This document shows, piece after piece, positions 50,236-63,129 of a DNA stretch of 64,000 bases; the stretch's first letter is position 1, and each line of letters starts with the position of its first letter. The notes beneath the pieces are model-generated. The model saw only the letters and a list, made by a program, of their open reading frames with translations, did not search any database and was not told where the DNA came from. A program made the translations under genes and the position numbers. The stretch is from Camelus dromedarius (Eukaryota): NCBI RefSeq assembly GCF_036321535.1, contig NC_087437.1:100628001-100692000 (forward strand). The letters run 5' to 3'.

Positions 50236-51350
50236 TTGCATTTGATAGTTGTATTTCAATGAGAATAAATTTAAATCTATGTAGGATGGTCCAATTTGGC
50301 GTATGCCTGGTAACAATTCTGCAGATAGTTTCTTAAGAGACAGAGAAATGTTAATTTAAGGTAACAGATAAGGAAGAAATAAAAAGCCATGTGTAGGGTA
50401 AAAACAATCTTTACTGACTGTCCAGACAATTACATGAATGTAACTTTGCAAATGGAATTCCAGCTGCTACGTATCAAGAGTCACAGTCTGCCACCCCCCT
50501 GAGGATAGAGAGGCTCTTAGGCTAGATACACATATGAAAAAGTTTTATTTTTATATTCAGTGGTCTTTTAATTTCAAACTGTGTTATATTGGAGTTCATT
50601 ATAATGGCATTTAAATATGTTATTATCTCCGTGTGTTTTGATGTCTCATTTATTATTAAATTTTATATGTTGATGCTAAGCCTTTGGAAGACTTCTTATC
50701 AGTGTATGACCTCTTCAGTAACAATAACATTAGATAAGGAATTACTTGGGGGATGGGAACTATTACAGACCATCTCAGTGCAGCTTTGTGACACTCATCT
50801 CATTTACTGTGACTTTAGTCTCTTGATACTGGAGTAGCTATGATTAATACCACACCATGGAAAAAAAATTTTTTTTTTTTGAAATAGTCAAAACATTAGT
50901 GACTTTGATCTGGAATACAAGGTTAATACCAGCCTAAAGTTTTTTAAAGTAAAATTAAGGTGAAAATCTGAGAGCAATGCCAAGCAACCAGTTTAAAAAA
51001 TGACATCCATAAGGTGAATAAAAAATTCAGGAGCAGGTGAAATTGGTTGCACTTTGAATTGGTTTCAGATTGTAGTTTTCCCTTAATAAATGCATCAATT
51101 GCAGTCTTCATGAATGATTATCTTTAATCATCATCCATCTTTTGCATCAGTAACATATGGCATGGCAGGAAGCCTTTTTATACTTCCAATGATTATATTA
51201 CATTGGTTTAAACTTTCAGTACGATTCTACGATTTTTTTCCTCCTTTAAATTATTCACCGTAAAGCAGAAACTTCTTTTTTCATTTGCTTTATCTTTTTA
51301 CCACATGAGTACATGATTATTCAAGCAGCATTATTTACTTAAATTAAAAA

Positions 51351-51595
51351 GGGATAAATTGGGAATTCGAGATTTGCAGATACTGACTAATATATATAAA
51401 ACTGATAAACAACAACTTCATACTGTATAGCACAGGGAATTATATTCAATATATTGTAGTAACTTATGGTGAAAAAGAATATGAAAATGAGTATACGTAT
51501 GATCATGTATGACTGGAGCATTATGCTGTACACCAGACATTGGCACAACATTGTAAACTGACTATACTTCAATAAAAAATTAATACACAAAAAAA
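51351..51595 (+). mobile_element. Camelid-type L1 3' end
   Basis: gggataaattgggaattcgagatttgcagatactgac...ttgtaaactgactatacttcaataaaaaa. Confidence 0.9.
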
Positions 51596-54084
51596 GTATA
51601 ATATTCACATTGAAATTTCAACTCATTCCTTTCTAAATCTGTATTTTTTAGGTAGAAAAAAATGTCTAAGGATAAAAAAATGGCTTTATCTGAGGGTGTA
51701 TTTTACTTGGTTTCCATCCCAAATTCAGACACTCCTAATATATAATGTCTTTATTGGTAATTAGTCATTTTTGTTTGATTATTCAATTCACTCATGTGAC
51801 ATATCAAATACTACATTCTTTGCAGATTATATGTAGATTAAATTTATCCTGATGCAGTTTATTGAAGTGATAACCTCTATTTTTAAGGAATAAGAAATTA
51901 AAAATAAATTTCATGTATTTGGCTTAGAATCTCATTTTATTTTCTTATGATAAAATTTTAATTTCGTATCACTTAGATGTGGAATTTAATTACTATATGA
52001 ACTGAAACGTTGAAAAAAAACCTAATTATTTCAATGCCGGAGACAAACGAATCTGATTACTGCTGAATGAACTGCTGGGCTATTGACCATCATAATGGCT
52101 GACGGAATTGATTATATAGAAAATAGCCACTCTTTACCGAATGATTGAGTGATGAGAAAGCTCTCATTTGCCAGTCAGGCTTCATGGAATCATCCCTGAA
52201 AAGAAATCTTAGCTGGCTGTTTGCATGCCTATTAGAACAATGAGAAATAATTGCTAAGTAACTTCTGACTTAGACACATGTCACTTGTCACGTGAGCAAA
52301 GCTTAATAACACAGATTTTAAGCAGTGATCGTTTCAATGTTGGAGTGCTTTTTAAGAATTTCTGAGTTAAATGGTTATGACTTGCTTGTGTTTGCTGCTC
52401 TGAGGAACATTAAGTAGCATTTATGTAGGTTTCTTTTTAAGATACTGTAAGAAGTGTGTATGAGACAATAATGTATATATTGAGACATTACTATATCTAG
52501 TCTTCAGTGGATGAGATGGAAGTAGATGAACTTATTGTGTTTTCTCCTTTTAAAATTTTAAAAAAATTTTCACTTGACTATTAGATGTAGACACTTGAGG
52601 AGGAAAGGGAGAGACGCTTAACTTGTGGTAGGATGAACTATTTTGAAATAGTATTCAGATTTTCCCCTGAAATTTCCTTTTCCCTCTTTTTCTTCCACAT
52701 CCTATTATTAGAGTTTTCTATGTTTATTGCCTAAGAAAAGAAAAGAATGCAGAGAAAAATTAATCTACTCCTGCCTAAGAAGGAACATGGGAGTTTTCAT
52801 GACGGGTGAGAGAAAGAATTTCTATTCAAAGTCTAGATTAAAAACACTGTTGACTGTGGGATGGGGGAAGAGAAGAGAGATGTGAGGAGACTTTAAAGAA
52901 GGAATGGAGAGTTGATGCATCTGCAGGACCAGGGACCGCGTGTATGTGGGTATGCGTTTTTAGCAAGCGTTCGTTTCTACCCCCTACTATGCTCTCTTCT
53001 GGGTAATGGACCTGGAAGTCTATGGATACACTTCTCAGCATCCTTTACCAGCAATGTTCAGCTTTCAGCTTCACCATAAAGAAACTAGAAAAGAAAAAAA
53101 CTAGAGTGAGACTTGAAAGGCAGAAGAAATGAAGCCGAAGCCAAATCATTGCTCCTTTATCTGCAGGAGGCAGATGTGTGGGCTTTGACAGATGGGAAGC
53201 TTCTTATGGCCTCTGGTTGCCGCCCTGTGAATCACTCTCCTGGGAGCTGTAAGCAGCTCTGATCACAGGTTTAGGTTACTTCCAGTTCCTGAAGTGCTCA
53301 ACCCTGTGAAAGCCAGAAGTCAACTAGAGAGTTTAAGCCACGGTATTTTTTTCTTTTTTTCAGCTTCACTCCTGCAGCCTTTTCAGGAGTTTTAAAAATA
53401 ACTAATCCACTGTATTTGTTTCTTTCTTGATTGAAATACCTGGAGTGTTTTCTGTTACACTCCAGGTATAATAGAACCTTTATACCCGGCTACACCTTGA
53501 CTGACACACTTTACATGTATGTTCAATTTTCTCTTACAGTCTCTCTAATGTCAATGGACACATCTGCCCAAATAATTTTCCTAAACCAATTCTTTTATCT
53601 GATCAGTACTTCAAGATAAAGTCCAACAGAATCTGACTCAATTTTGACTTCCTGATTTATAACCTGCCAGGCCTCTGTCAGGTCCTTGTCCTCAGTAGGG
53701 TCTGCCGAATGGGTTTATCTACAGTCACCAAGTGGGTTGCACCTTCTTATCTGAATCATGCACATTTGTCTCCTCCTGATGGGAACTCTTTTTTCCAACC
53801 ATGCACGGCCATTTCCATTTCAGGCTTCAGCTAAAACTCCCTTTTTCTTTTCAAGGTTTCCTTAGTTCACCCTCACTCAGAGTGATCTTACCTGCCTTTG
53901 AACTTTTAGCATCTGTATCACTCTTTTTTATATCTTCTGCTGGCTGTTTACTGTTATTTTTTATGTGCATGATTTAAAACTAAATCTAACTGCAAGCTTC
54001 CTGATAGGGAAATCATGCATCAGTTTATGCTGCAAGCCCTGGAGCAAAGCCTTCCTTTTTCAGGTCCACATCCCAAAGGTAGGC

Positions 54085-54290
54085 AGGAACCCTTCTATAG
54101 CATCTCTGACATTACCATCCAGCCTTCAGTGATGGAAAGCTAATTGCGTGATTGTACTGATGGAGCTGTTAGGAAATTCTTCCTTATGGTGTGCATAAAT
54201 GCAGCTACCTGCAACTTCAAGATCTGCTTTCTTTAGCTACCCTGAATGGGTCTACGCATCTCTCTTGTGTTATGCTTTCTAAAATTTAAC
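54085..54290 (-). mobile_element. L3/CR1 fragment
   Basis: catccagccttcagtgatggaaagct...tgttaggaaattcttcctta. Confidence 0.55.
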
Positions 54291-54939
54291 GTCATTTTTA
54301 AGGCCCCCACATGATCTCTATCAAACTTTTTTGATTATATTCCCTGAAAGAAATCTTTATGTGGTGACCAATTATGTGCACAAACACCAACACATATATG
54401 TGAAACAGATGCTTCAGAAAAAAAATTTACCTTTCCTATGTATATTATTTTATCTTTTTATCCAATGTATTCAATTTTTTTTTAATGTAAATGTTTACTT
54501 GATAGTTTGAATTCATCACCAACTAATGTTGCAAAACACTGATTTGGACCTCATTTCCATTCCAATCTTGTCTTACACAATATTCTTCCACGCTCTTCCT
54601 GTATCAGCAAAACTGGCCTTTCCTCTGTTTTATGAATGGGCCTAAGTGCTTCCTGTGTCAGGGACTTTATGCATATTCTCTTGAATACCATCATCTCTTA
54701 ATCCTTGCTATTCTGACTTAGAGAACTCTGGATCTGGTTCAGTTTTTTCATTTTGTAGACGAGAAAATTGAGGCATAGAGAGACTAATTAAATGATCTAT
54801 ATGTATATATATACTAAATCAACATGTATTAGAATTTGATTATCTCTGTGTTGCTAAGCAAGGCCCTATGGGTAATAAGAAAATAGCTTCCCCTCCTCCC
54901 CTGGGAACACACCCACACACACAGACACACACACACCCC

Positions 54940-55282
54940 TCCCAGTTATTCTCATCCCTAATTTCTTCAAGTTTCTGCTCGGATGTCATCTTTGAAATAA
55001 CACCTGTCCTGACCATTCTAAATATTGACGCTTCTCCCAACCCTGGACTTAGTATTTTCTTTGCTTTGCTCTACCTTTAATTTTTTCCACAGCAGATATC
55101 ATGGTCTAACATGTTAAATTTGCTTATATATTATGTTCACTTTTTATTTCTGTATCCTTCTGCCAGGATATAATCTCCATGGAAGCAGGAATATTTGCTT
55201 TTATTAATGGAGAACAAACTCTCAGCTCTTGGAATGGAGGGAGTAGGTACTCAGTTAATCATTATTAAAGGAATGAATGAAC
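54940..55282 (+). mobile_element. L2 3' end
   Basis: ctgctcggatgtcatct...atataatctccatggaagcagg...gtaggtactcag...gaatgaatgaa. Confidence 0.7.
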
Positions 55283-55679
55283 GCAAACATCCACTTTGTC
55301 AAAAATCACAGCTAGTAATTAGATGGTTAGAATGAAAACCAGATCTGCTGACTCTTATTTCAAATTTTTTCCTTTGAATCCCACTGACACATTAGTTTTT
55401 AAGTGAAGATACATTCCTGTGTTTATTCAATAAGAGTCTTACTCAAATGATATCTCAGATATTGAATAAATATAAGTTTCTCCCTAATACAAGTGATACC
55501 CAAGATGAAATAAGTATAGGAAAATAGTAAACTAAAATATTTAAATAATATTTAAATAATGATTTAAATATCTTGATTATTTCATTGAAGCATTATTGAC
55601 CTCTCTTTATATGTAAATATTATAATTTCTTGATTTTTTTTTACCTCACAGATTTATTCAGTTTTCTTTAGAGCTCTGA

Positions 55680-56097
55680 TTTTTTTTAATGGAAGTATAG
55701 TTGATCTACAATGTTGTGTTAATTTCTGATGTACAGCATAGTGATCCAGTTATACATGTGTATGTATATATATATATATATATATATATTCCTTTTCAAA
55801 TTCTTTTTTGTTATGGGCCGTTACAGTGTATTGAATATAGTTCCCTATGCTATGCAGTAGGACCTTATTGTTTATCTGTTTCTTATATAGTAGTTAATAT
55901 CTACATATCCCATACCTCCAATTTATTCCTCCCCACTGCCTTTTCCCCCAGTAACTGTAAATTTGTTTTCTCTGTCTATGAGTATGTCTCTGTTTTGTAA
56001 ATCAGTTCATTAATGCCTTTTTTTCATGTGTGTGATTCCACATATAAGTGATATCATATGGTATTTGTCTTTCCTCTTCTGGCTTACTTCTCTTAGT
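55680..56097 (-). mobile_element. Cetartiodactyl-type L1 3' end with internal (TA)n
   Basis: ttttttaatggaagtatagttgatctacaatgttgtg...gattccacatataagtgatatcatatggtatttgtc. Confidence 0.9.
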
Positions 56098-57659
56098 ACA
56101 CAAGTGGACCTGGAGAGCTCTGATTTATTACTCTGCTCTTCAAGCCTGCTCCTTGCTACAGGCCCAGGGGAGGGCTGATTATCTCCACTACACGCCCCTT
56201 CCCACCTTAAACTTTACTCTGAGCATGTGCTGCTGAACTGTGCACCTTCTCTAGGTGTCCATCTACTCTTCCTACAATGTTCAGAGTTGCTGATTCTGAG
56301 GTTAATTGGCAGATCACTGATGGAATGATCTTACTCACAGAAATTTCCACTCCTTTCTGCTAACACAAAGTATGTTCCTAAGGATACTTTCATTTATTTC
56401 TCTGATTATAAGTCTTACAAACACAAGAAACCACAATATTAAATTCTTATGCAATATGAGTTCCAAACCAAACCAAAACTTTACAAACCTCTTCCTCTTC
56501 CATCAGTGGTGCCACAGTGTCTTATGGATTATCCACACTTTTCCCTGAGTGCTCCAACATAGTTATGTGCCAGGTTTGATAGAGTTTATCTATAATGAAT
56601 TTGTTTTTACATTTCTGTCCCTGTCTGTAAGGTACTGTTCTACTTGAACTTTTATTATTTCTAGCTTGGGCCAGTAATAGCCTCCCAAAGGCCAGATCCT
56701 CCAACCTACCCCATTTTCACTCCATCTTTTATCTTGCTTCCAGATTAGACAAACTGAAGCACCGTTCTGATCATATTACTCCCTGGATCCATATTGTTTA
56801 CTCATTAAAATCAAACTAGAGTGATGATTCTTAAATTTTTCTCCCATTATACCGCCAACTGCTAAGGAAAGTGAAGAAAAATTCTTAAGGGAATGCAGTG
56901 GCTAGCTCCATACCTAAAGTGTCTGATATTTCTTTCATGTTTTACATTAAAATTGAAATAAAAATGTCATTATATTCCACTAATGTTTTAAATTCTTACC
57001 ATTAAATGTCTTACCTTGATGCTTCAGGAATATGTTCCAGAAAGAATGTGAACATCTGGCAAATATCTATATATTTCTGTGGTTTCTCAAAAACTTCGGT
57101 TGAGAAGCTCAGCCTTCCGCAACACGATCCTAACTTATTTTCCCAGCCTCATCTCTCACCATCGCCTCCTGTAGTCCATACTCCAGCTGGTGGGTGGTTT
57201 GATTTTCCCTTTTCAATTCTTTTGTTCGTTCTGTGCTTCCTGTTAGCAATTTTTTCTCCCTAGTTATTCTCTCATCTCCTTAGTTTCATCTTCCATTTCC
57301 ATTACTTTTAAATATATAAATACCTTTAGTTTCGTTAGATTCATAATGTCCTTGTTCCGTTTGTAAGCATTAAAGCTTTGTTAAGAGTTCGGTTTCTCTT
57401 CTCATCATATTTTTGAAAGTGAGCAGAGACTATGTTTCTCACATTTGATATTGGCTTAAATTGTGCTAGTCATGGAATAACTTGTATTATAAACTTCTTT
57501 CTAACCAGTTGCGTTTGTCACAACATCTGAGATATAAAAGTACCATTAGAATCTCATAATGTATTTTATTTTATAATTGAGCACAGGAACATGTTTTACT
57601 TTATAATTTGCCCTATCTCTATCAAGCTGTGGTTTGTTCTAGTTTATTACATAATTTTT

Positions 57660-58600
57660 AGTTTCTACTTCGAGGCTACAGATTGAGCCCAGGTGGAACA
57701 TATACTTTCTGCCTGAGATTCCATTAAATTTATGATAAAGATAAGAAGCTTTTAAGCTTACAACCATGAAGAGGGTAGGGGGAAGGCTATCAGGATATTT
57801 CAACACATTTATTGCAAATAGAAATCAGATGAATGAGTTTATCTTGATGAGCCAAGCACAGGAAACTTACAATGTAAATATTTATGAAAAGTCCTACAGT
57901 GGAAGAGGGTTGCAGACTAAGAGATTGTAAGATAAATGAATGGCATGCGTCCTAAGTCAGCCATAACGAAATACTTCACTACTGATACAAAAATGATGGT
58001 GGCTAATCAGAATGGACACTTAAACATTAGAGAATGACACCATCAGTGTAAACTGACTAATTATAACTCCTGTGTGCCTGTAAGTGTGACCGTTTACTTC
58101 ACTTACACTTGAGCACAGAATGGTTAGATGCTTGGCGTTTTACCCTGGCAGAAAAGGGGTAGGGGGAGACAAAAACGTAAAACAAGGGCAAAAGACACGC
58201 AGAAACTAGCAGAGACTTCTCTTCTATCGAAATGGAATAAGCTGAGTGGTAATAACTAGGGCAGGTAATACGACTCGTGTCTTTCCAGGAGACACTGGTT
58301 CTGTGTTGATGGTCTAACTCGAGAATCACCCCAAGGGTGAAATAAAGATATTTCAGACAATAGACGATAAGTTAGAAAAGAGCGTAATTAAGAACTTCAA
58401 AACAATCGAAAAGATATTACATCTCTAACATGAGAACTGTGTGTAAATACACACATAAAAGGCTTTAAATTAGGTGGAGAAAATGTATCATAGGGAGAAT
58501 AAAAAAGGTCTATAAAACATGAGGAAGAAGATAAAAGATGTCGAGTATCAATTCAAGAGTTTCAAAAACCAGAGGAAACCAAGGCAAGTGATAATACATT
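57660..58600 (+). mobile_element. Very old HAL1/L1ME-like remnant, interrupted at 57942-58332
   Basis: A-rich ORF1-like stretch at 58340-58600 and 5'-end-like motifs at ~57660-57900; weak similarity. Confidence 0.35.
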
Positions 58601-60984
58601 AAATATATTGTATTTGAGAATCTTCTTGTCTTGGGAATTCCGTCTTATATAGAAATAGTGGTCTTAAGATTTTTACTCCAGCTTTTTAATTTCAGGCAAG
58701 TTAATGAGTGTTTTACGATCTCCCTTTACTGAGCAGTAAATTGAGAATATTGAATTAGAGATGGTGATGGCACTTTTTGTATAGGTTTAATACAATACAA
58801 TTTTTATTCTGGTTTTAAAAGTGTTTTGTTTTTCTTAATGAGAATCCCCATGGTGTCTTAATTTTCACCCTTAATTTCACCTTAATTTTCTATTTTTCTT
58901 ATTCTTATCCAGTAGTCAGTTTTAAGATTTTTTTTTTAGTACTAAATGTGTGGAGATTTCCTGTTAATACCCAAAGAACTGGAAGGTAGATATTTGAATA
59001 TTTTTGTAGTTTGTAGATGTCTGACCTGTGTTTGAAATACATTATCATAACAATAAAAACATGTCAATACTGAAAAACAGATAAGAGGTGAAGCCAACAG
59101 CTACATTTCCAACACCATTGTCTATTTCCATTTATCGCAATTTTTTTGCTTATGTCTGTGTTTGTAAGTATGTAAGAAAGTTTGTCATCCAGGGCTAGGG
59201 GCACTAATGAAATTACCGTGAAGCTGTCTTTGAAAAATGAGAGGAATCCACATTTGGTTTCCATAATGAAATCTATATTTGCTTGGTCATGGTCCAAATC
59301 AGTTTGAAATAGTATACATCTAATTGAGGCAGATGAAGTTGTCCAAAACTTAATAAGGATAAAAAAAAAAAAGAAGGAAAATTTAAGGAGAAAATTTCCA
59401 ATTACAGATGAGTAACTGTTGATTACTCAGGCCCAAGAATTAATACTGATTAATGTTACATAATTCAGCAGATCTTGCCAGGATAAAGAGGTATTTGTGA
59501 GCTCAGTATCATAAGAGGCACAGAGCTGCTTTGCAACTTGCATTTTATGTCTGCTCTCCTCTCCCTGGTCTGTACTCTTGGGGTGAAACTTCACTGCAGT
59601 TAAGCAGACCTTCCCATTCTAGGGAGATTATTCTCTACAACTTCTGGGTTTTCATCCTTGTCAATCACCCGAAATAATGCCTAACAGTTTTTTTTTTTTT
59701 TTAACCCTTTCAGGATTCTGCCACATATTCCTTTACCTGAATATTTCCTAGATCTGCTCTTCACAGTAAGTTCCTAAATAGTGCCCTAAACACTGAATAT
59801 TTATGTTTTGTCTGGATTTTTAACTGTACATGGAGACTGAGTGTGTTTGTTACCTACACCATCATCATGACGTAGGATTTGAGGGGGCAGTAGGCAATGT
59901 CTACAATGAATAACAGTGTACATGAGAGCCTATTTTTGTTCTGGTTTATTTAGAATGTGCTCTTTTGCTCAGCTTTGAAAGGGCCTTAAAGCAATTAATG
60001 ATATCTTTTAAAAGGGTGGTTTAAAAAAACTCACTAAAAAGAGTGCAAGGTGTAGTGTGAAGCTCTAAAGAAATATTTATTGCTCTTTATAAGTGTTTAG
60101 CTCACTTATGGATTCCATAGTTTTTAGGCAAGTAGGACCAGTCATAAAAATGAACATGAGAGATCAGCTAGGGTCTAAAAGAACGATCAGAAAGAGGAAT
60201 GTAACATTTTAATTGGAAAAGGTGGAGCTTAATGTTAGTATCAGTGCTCACGGCCATCAGCTACATCACTTTAACATTTGAAGGGGCTTGTGAACATTTT
60301 TGCTGATAGAAAATCTTTTTGTAGGTCTTTGCTGAGAAGCAAGATAGAACTATTTAGTGCAGGGAGGGACAAGTTTAGTAAATGGGATACTATAAAACTT
60401 AAAGTAAGAATTGGAACTGAAAGTGATGGTATTAATTTCCTTGGCATAAATTTCTGCTTTCTCATCCTGAAGTTTTATTTTGGCATAAAGAGAGCAATAA
60501 CACTAAGCCCTCCACTGGAATCCAAACTGAAGATAGATGATTTTGTCTTTAAAAATTTCATTATAAAGGACTAAGTATGGAATAGATGAAAAAGTATTTT
60601 AATTTAATGATAAAAGTGTCCCTTTTGGGTCAGAGAACCCAGGTTGGAGACAGAGTTGCATTTGTTTGTAGCCTTTTCTTTTATAAAACAGAAATAATAA
60701 GATTTACTTCAATGGATGGTTGTAAGAATGAAAAAAATTATGAGAAAGTGTGACATTTTTTAAGCTATCAGATTTTATACAAAAATCAGATATTAAAATA
60801 ATAGAGACTGACATTTTGTAAATTTAAAAATGAAATAATTTCAAAGTATAAATATCCTAGTCTCTCATTGGAGGCGCTGTGAAATTAGGGGAAGATTATA
60901 GGCCTTGATGTTAAAACAGTCTGAGTTTGACTCCTGATTTGAACACAAGTTAGCTAAAGGAATCAATGAGTTTATTTAATGTCT

Positions 60985-61483
60985 TTTCTGGTTATCTATT
61001 GCTGTGTAAACTACTCAGAAACCAAGTGGCTTAAAACAACAACTGTTTTATTATATCTCATGATTTTGTGGGTCAGGAATTTGGGCACAGATGGTGCTTC
61101 CTCAGCTCCACGTAGCACTGACTGTCTCTCACGGATGTTCAGGTGGTGGATGGGCTGCTGTGGGAGGGCAGGATGGCTTCCTGTGCATATCTGGTGCCAT
61201 ACTGGAGAGGACTAGGAGGCTGGGGTCTCAGCTCGTCCTGTGGAAGACCATACCAGCGTCTGACATCTTCATCATGTCAGGCTCAGGGGAGCTGAACTCA
61301 CTACATGGAAGCTAGCTTTTCCTATAGTGAACATCCCAGTGGACCCAGGCAGGAGCCATACGGCTTCTTGTGACTTAAACTCAGAAGTTCCAGACCATCC
61401 CTTTTGTCACATTCTTTTCTTTGTGGGAGACATAATGTCTAATCCAAATCCAAGAGGAAGGGGAATAGACTCCAACTCTTAAT
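60985..61483 (-). mobile_element. MaLR LTR (MLT1F/H-like)
   Basis: gttatctattgctgtgtaa...gtggcttaaaacaac...tgtgggtcaggaatttgggca...ggggaatagactcca. Confidence 0.8.
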
Positions 61484-61677
61484 CTGTCATCGTAGCTCTC
61501 AGCCTCAGCTTTCCCCAAAGAGTTGTTGTGAAGGTCCGGTGAGACTGTCTTTAACTGCCTCTCATAGAAACTTACCAAGAAAATTCCCTTCTCTTTTCTT
61601 CTTCATGCATCTGGAGATTATATTCCCCATGTCACTAGGATACCTGGGAACCACTGAAGTAAGCACAACAAGCATTC

Positions 61678-61860
61678 AAACAGCAAAGTCCTGCTGTACA
61701 GAACAGGGACATGCATTCAATACCTTGCAATAACTAATAATGGAAAAGAAAATGAAAAGGGATACATGTGTATATATGTATAACTGAATCACTATGCTGT
61801 ATGCCGAAAATTAACACAACACTGTAAACTGACTGTACTTCAGTAAAAATAAAATAAAAG
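61678..61860 (+). mobile_element. Cetartiodactyl-type L1 3' end
   Basis: tgtataactgaatcactatgctgta...aacacaacactgtaaactgactgtacttca plus A tail. Confidence 0.85.
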
Positions 61861-62429
61861 GCACTCTTATTTAAAAAAACAGTGAAAGTGAATTTATGTA
61901 CTTTAATCACAGAAAATACCTAAGGCTCAGACCAGGTACAATCTTTAACTTATTATAGGCCAATTCTCAGAGTTACTTGTTTTTGCAGCATATAGCAGAT
62001 TAGAAAGAAAAAAATTAAAAGAAAGCTGGACTTCTAAAAAGAGACACAAGTAAGGAACTTTGAAGCCAAGGGGAAGAAAAAGTATAAAATACAGGCCACT
62101 GCGACTCTAGCATTCTGGGACTTTTTGATGGAATAATAGTCTGTCAGGATCTCAGTGACTCTTGTTTTATAGTCTAAGTTGCCAATTACTGTTTCTTATG
62201 ACTTCAGTAACACAAATTTAAATTTTGTTTCGTGTCACCTGAAAGTATAATAGAATGTATAATCTCTTTTAGAGAGATTCTAAACCTTGATAGTTAACAT
62301 TAAATGTGTATCACGTGTGAAGTGTAAGTTTCAAGATTTCCTGCTCACGGAGTTTTTCTTTCCCTAATGGTGCTATATAACTGATGTGTTTCAGTATGAT
62401 GTTATGCCATGATATGAGAAATATCTGTC

Positions 62430-62918
62430 GTTTTTTTGGCTGACCAGCAGCTAAACCTTGTTTTGAAGTTTTTGGAGTTATTTACCTTGAATCCGGTGGG
62501 ATTCAGAGAGTACCTTCCCATGAGAAATTGGAAAGGGCAATATTCCCTTTCGCAGCCTTCTGGGCAACAAGTGGTGTAGCTGTGATGTTGGCTTAACTAG
62601 TCATAGTTGCTTCACCTGCGGAACCATGATCCTGTGCTGCAAAGAGCCAGGCAGGGCAGCAGAGGTGGGGCGGCAGCAGCCTCCAGTTCTCACGGCCCGC
62701 TGGCCTACAGCAAGCTTCAGTGTACACATCAGACCTGTTTTGTTGCAGGATTTTACTGTAATCCCGCCTGACACCTGCCTTATTATTTGTGCCTTTTTCC
62801 AAGCCAGGTTCTCTAGGGTTTCCTGCAATTCTGTGACTTATTGATAATCATTTCACTGTATCTCTTTGTTTAATCAGAGTTGGATTCTATTGCTTGAATT
62901 AAGAATGCTGATCATTAC
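62430..62918 (+). mobile_element. ERVL LTR (LTR33/41/50-like), probable 5' LTR
   Basis: Terminus cagagttggattctattgcttgaattaagaatgctgatcattaca followed by internal sequence. Confidence 0.55.
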
Positions 62919-62970
62919 AGAACTTACTATCAAAGTGCTTGGCAGACCACAGACCCATAGGGAAATGGTA

Positions 62971-63125
62971 GCAGTGGTTCTGGATTCTGGCTCTACATTA
63001 GAATCCCCTAGAGTGTTTGGAAAATACCAATACCCAAGCCAGCCCAGATCAATCACATTGATCAATGTCCAGGGATAGGACCCAGGTATTGATACTTGGA
63101 AAAATATTTAGGTGATTCTAATGTG
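62971..63125. mobile_element. MER5A-like hAT fragment
   Basis: gcagtggttct...ctggctctacattagaatcccct...ggacccagg...aggtgattctaatgtg. Confidence 0.7.
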
Positions 63126-63129
63126 AGGA

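Noticed and set aside
62620..62720. CpG island or promoter
   Set aside because: Too short, and it lies within an LTR remnant; no CpG island anywhere in the window.
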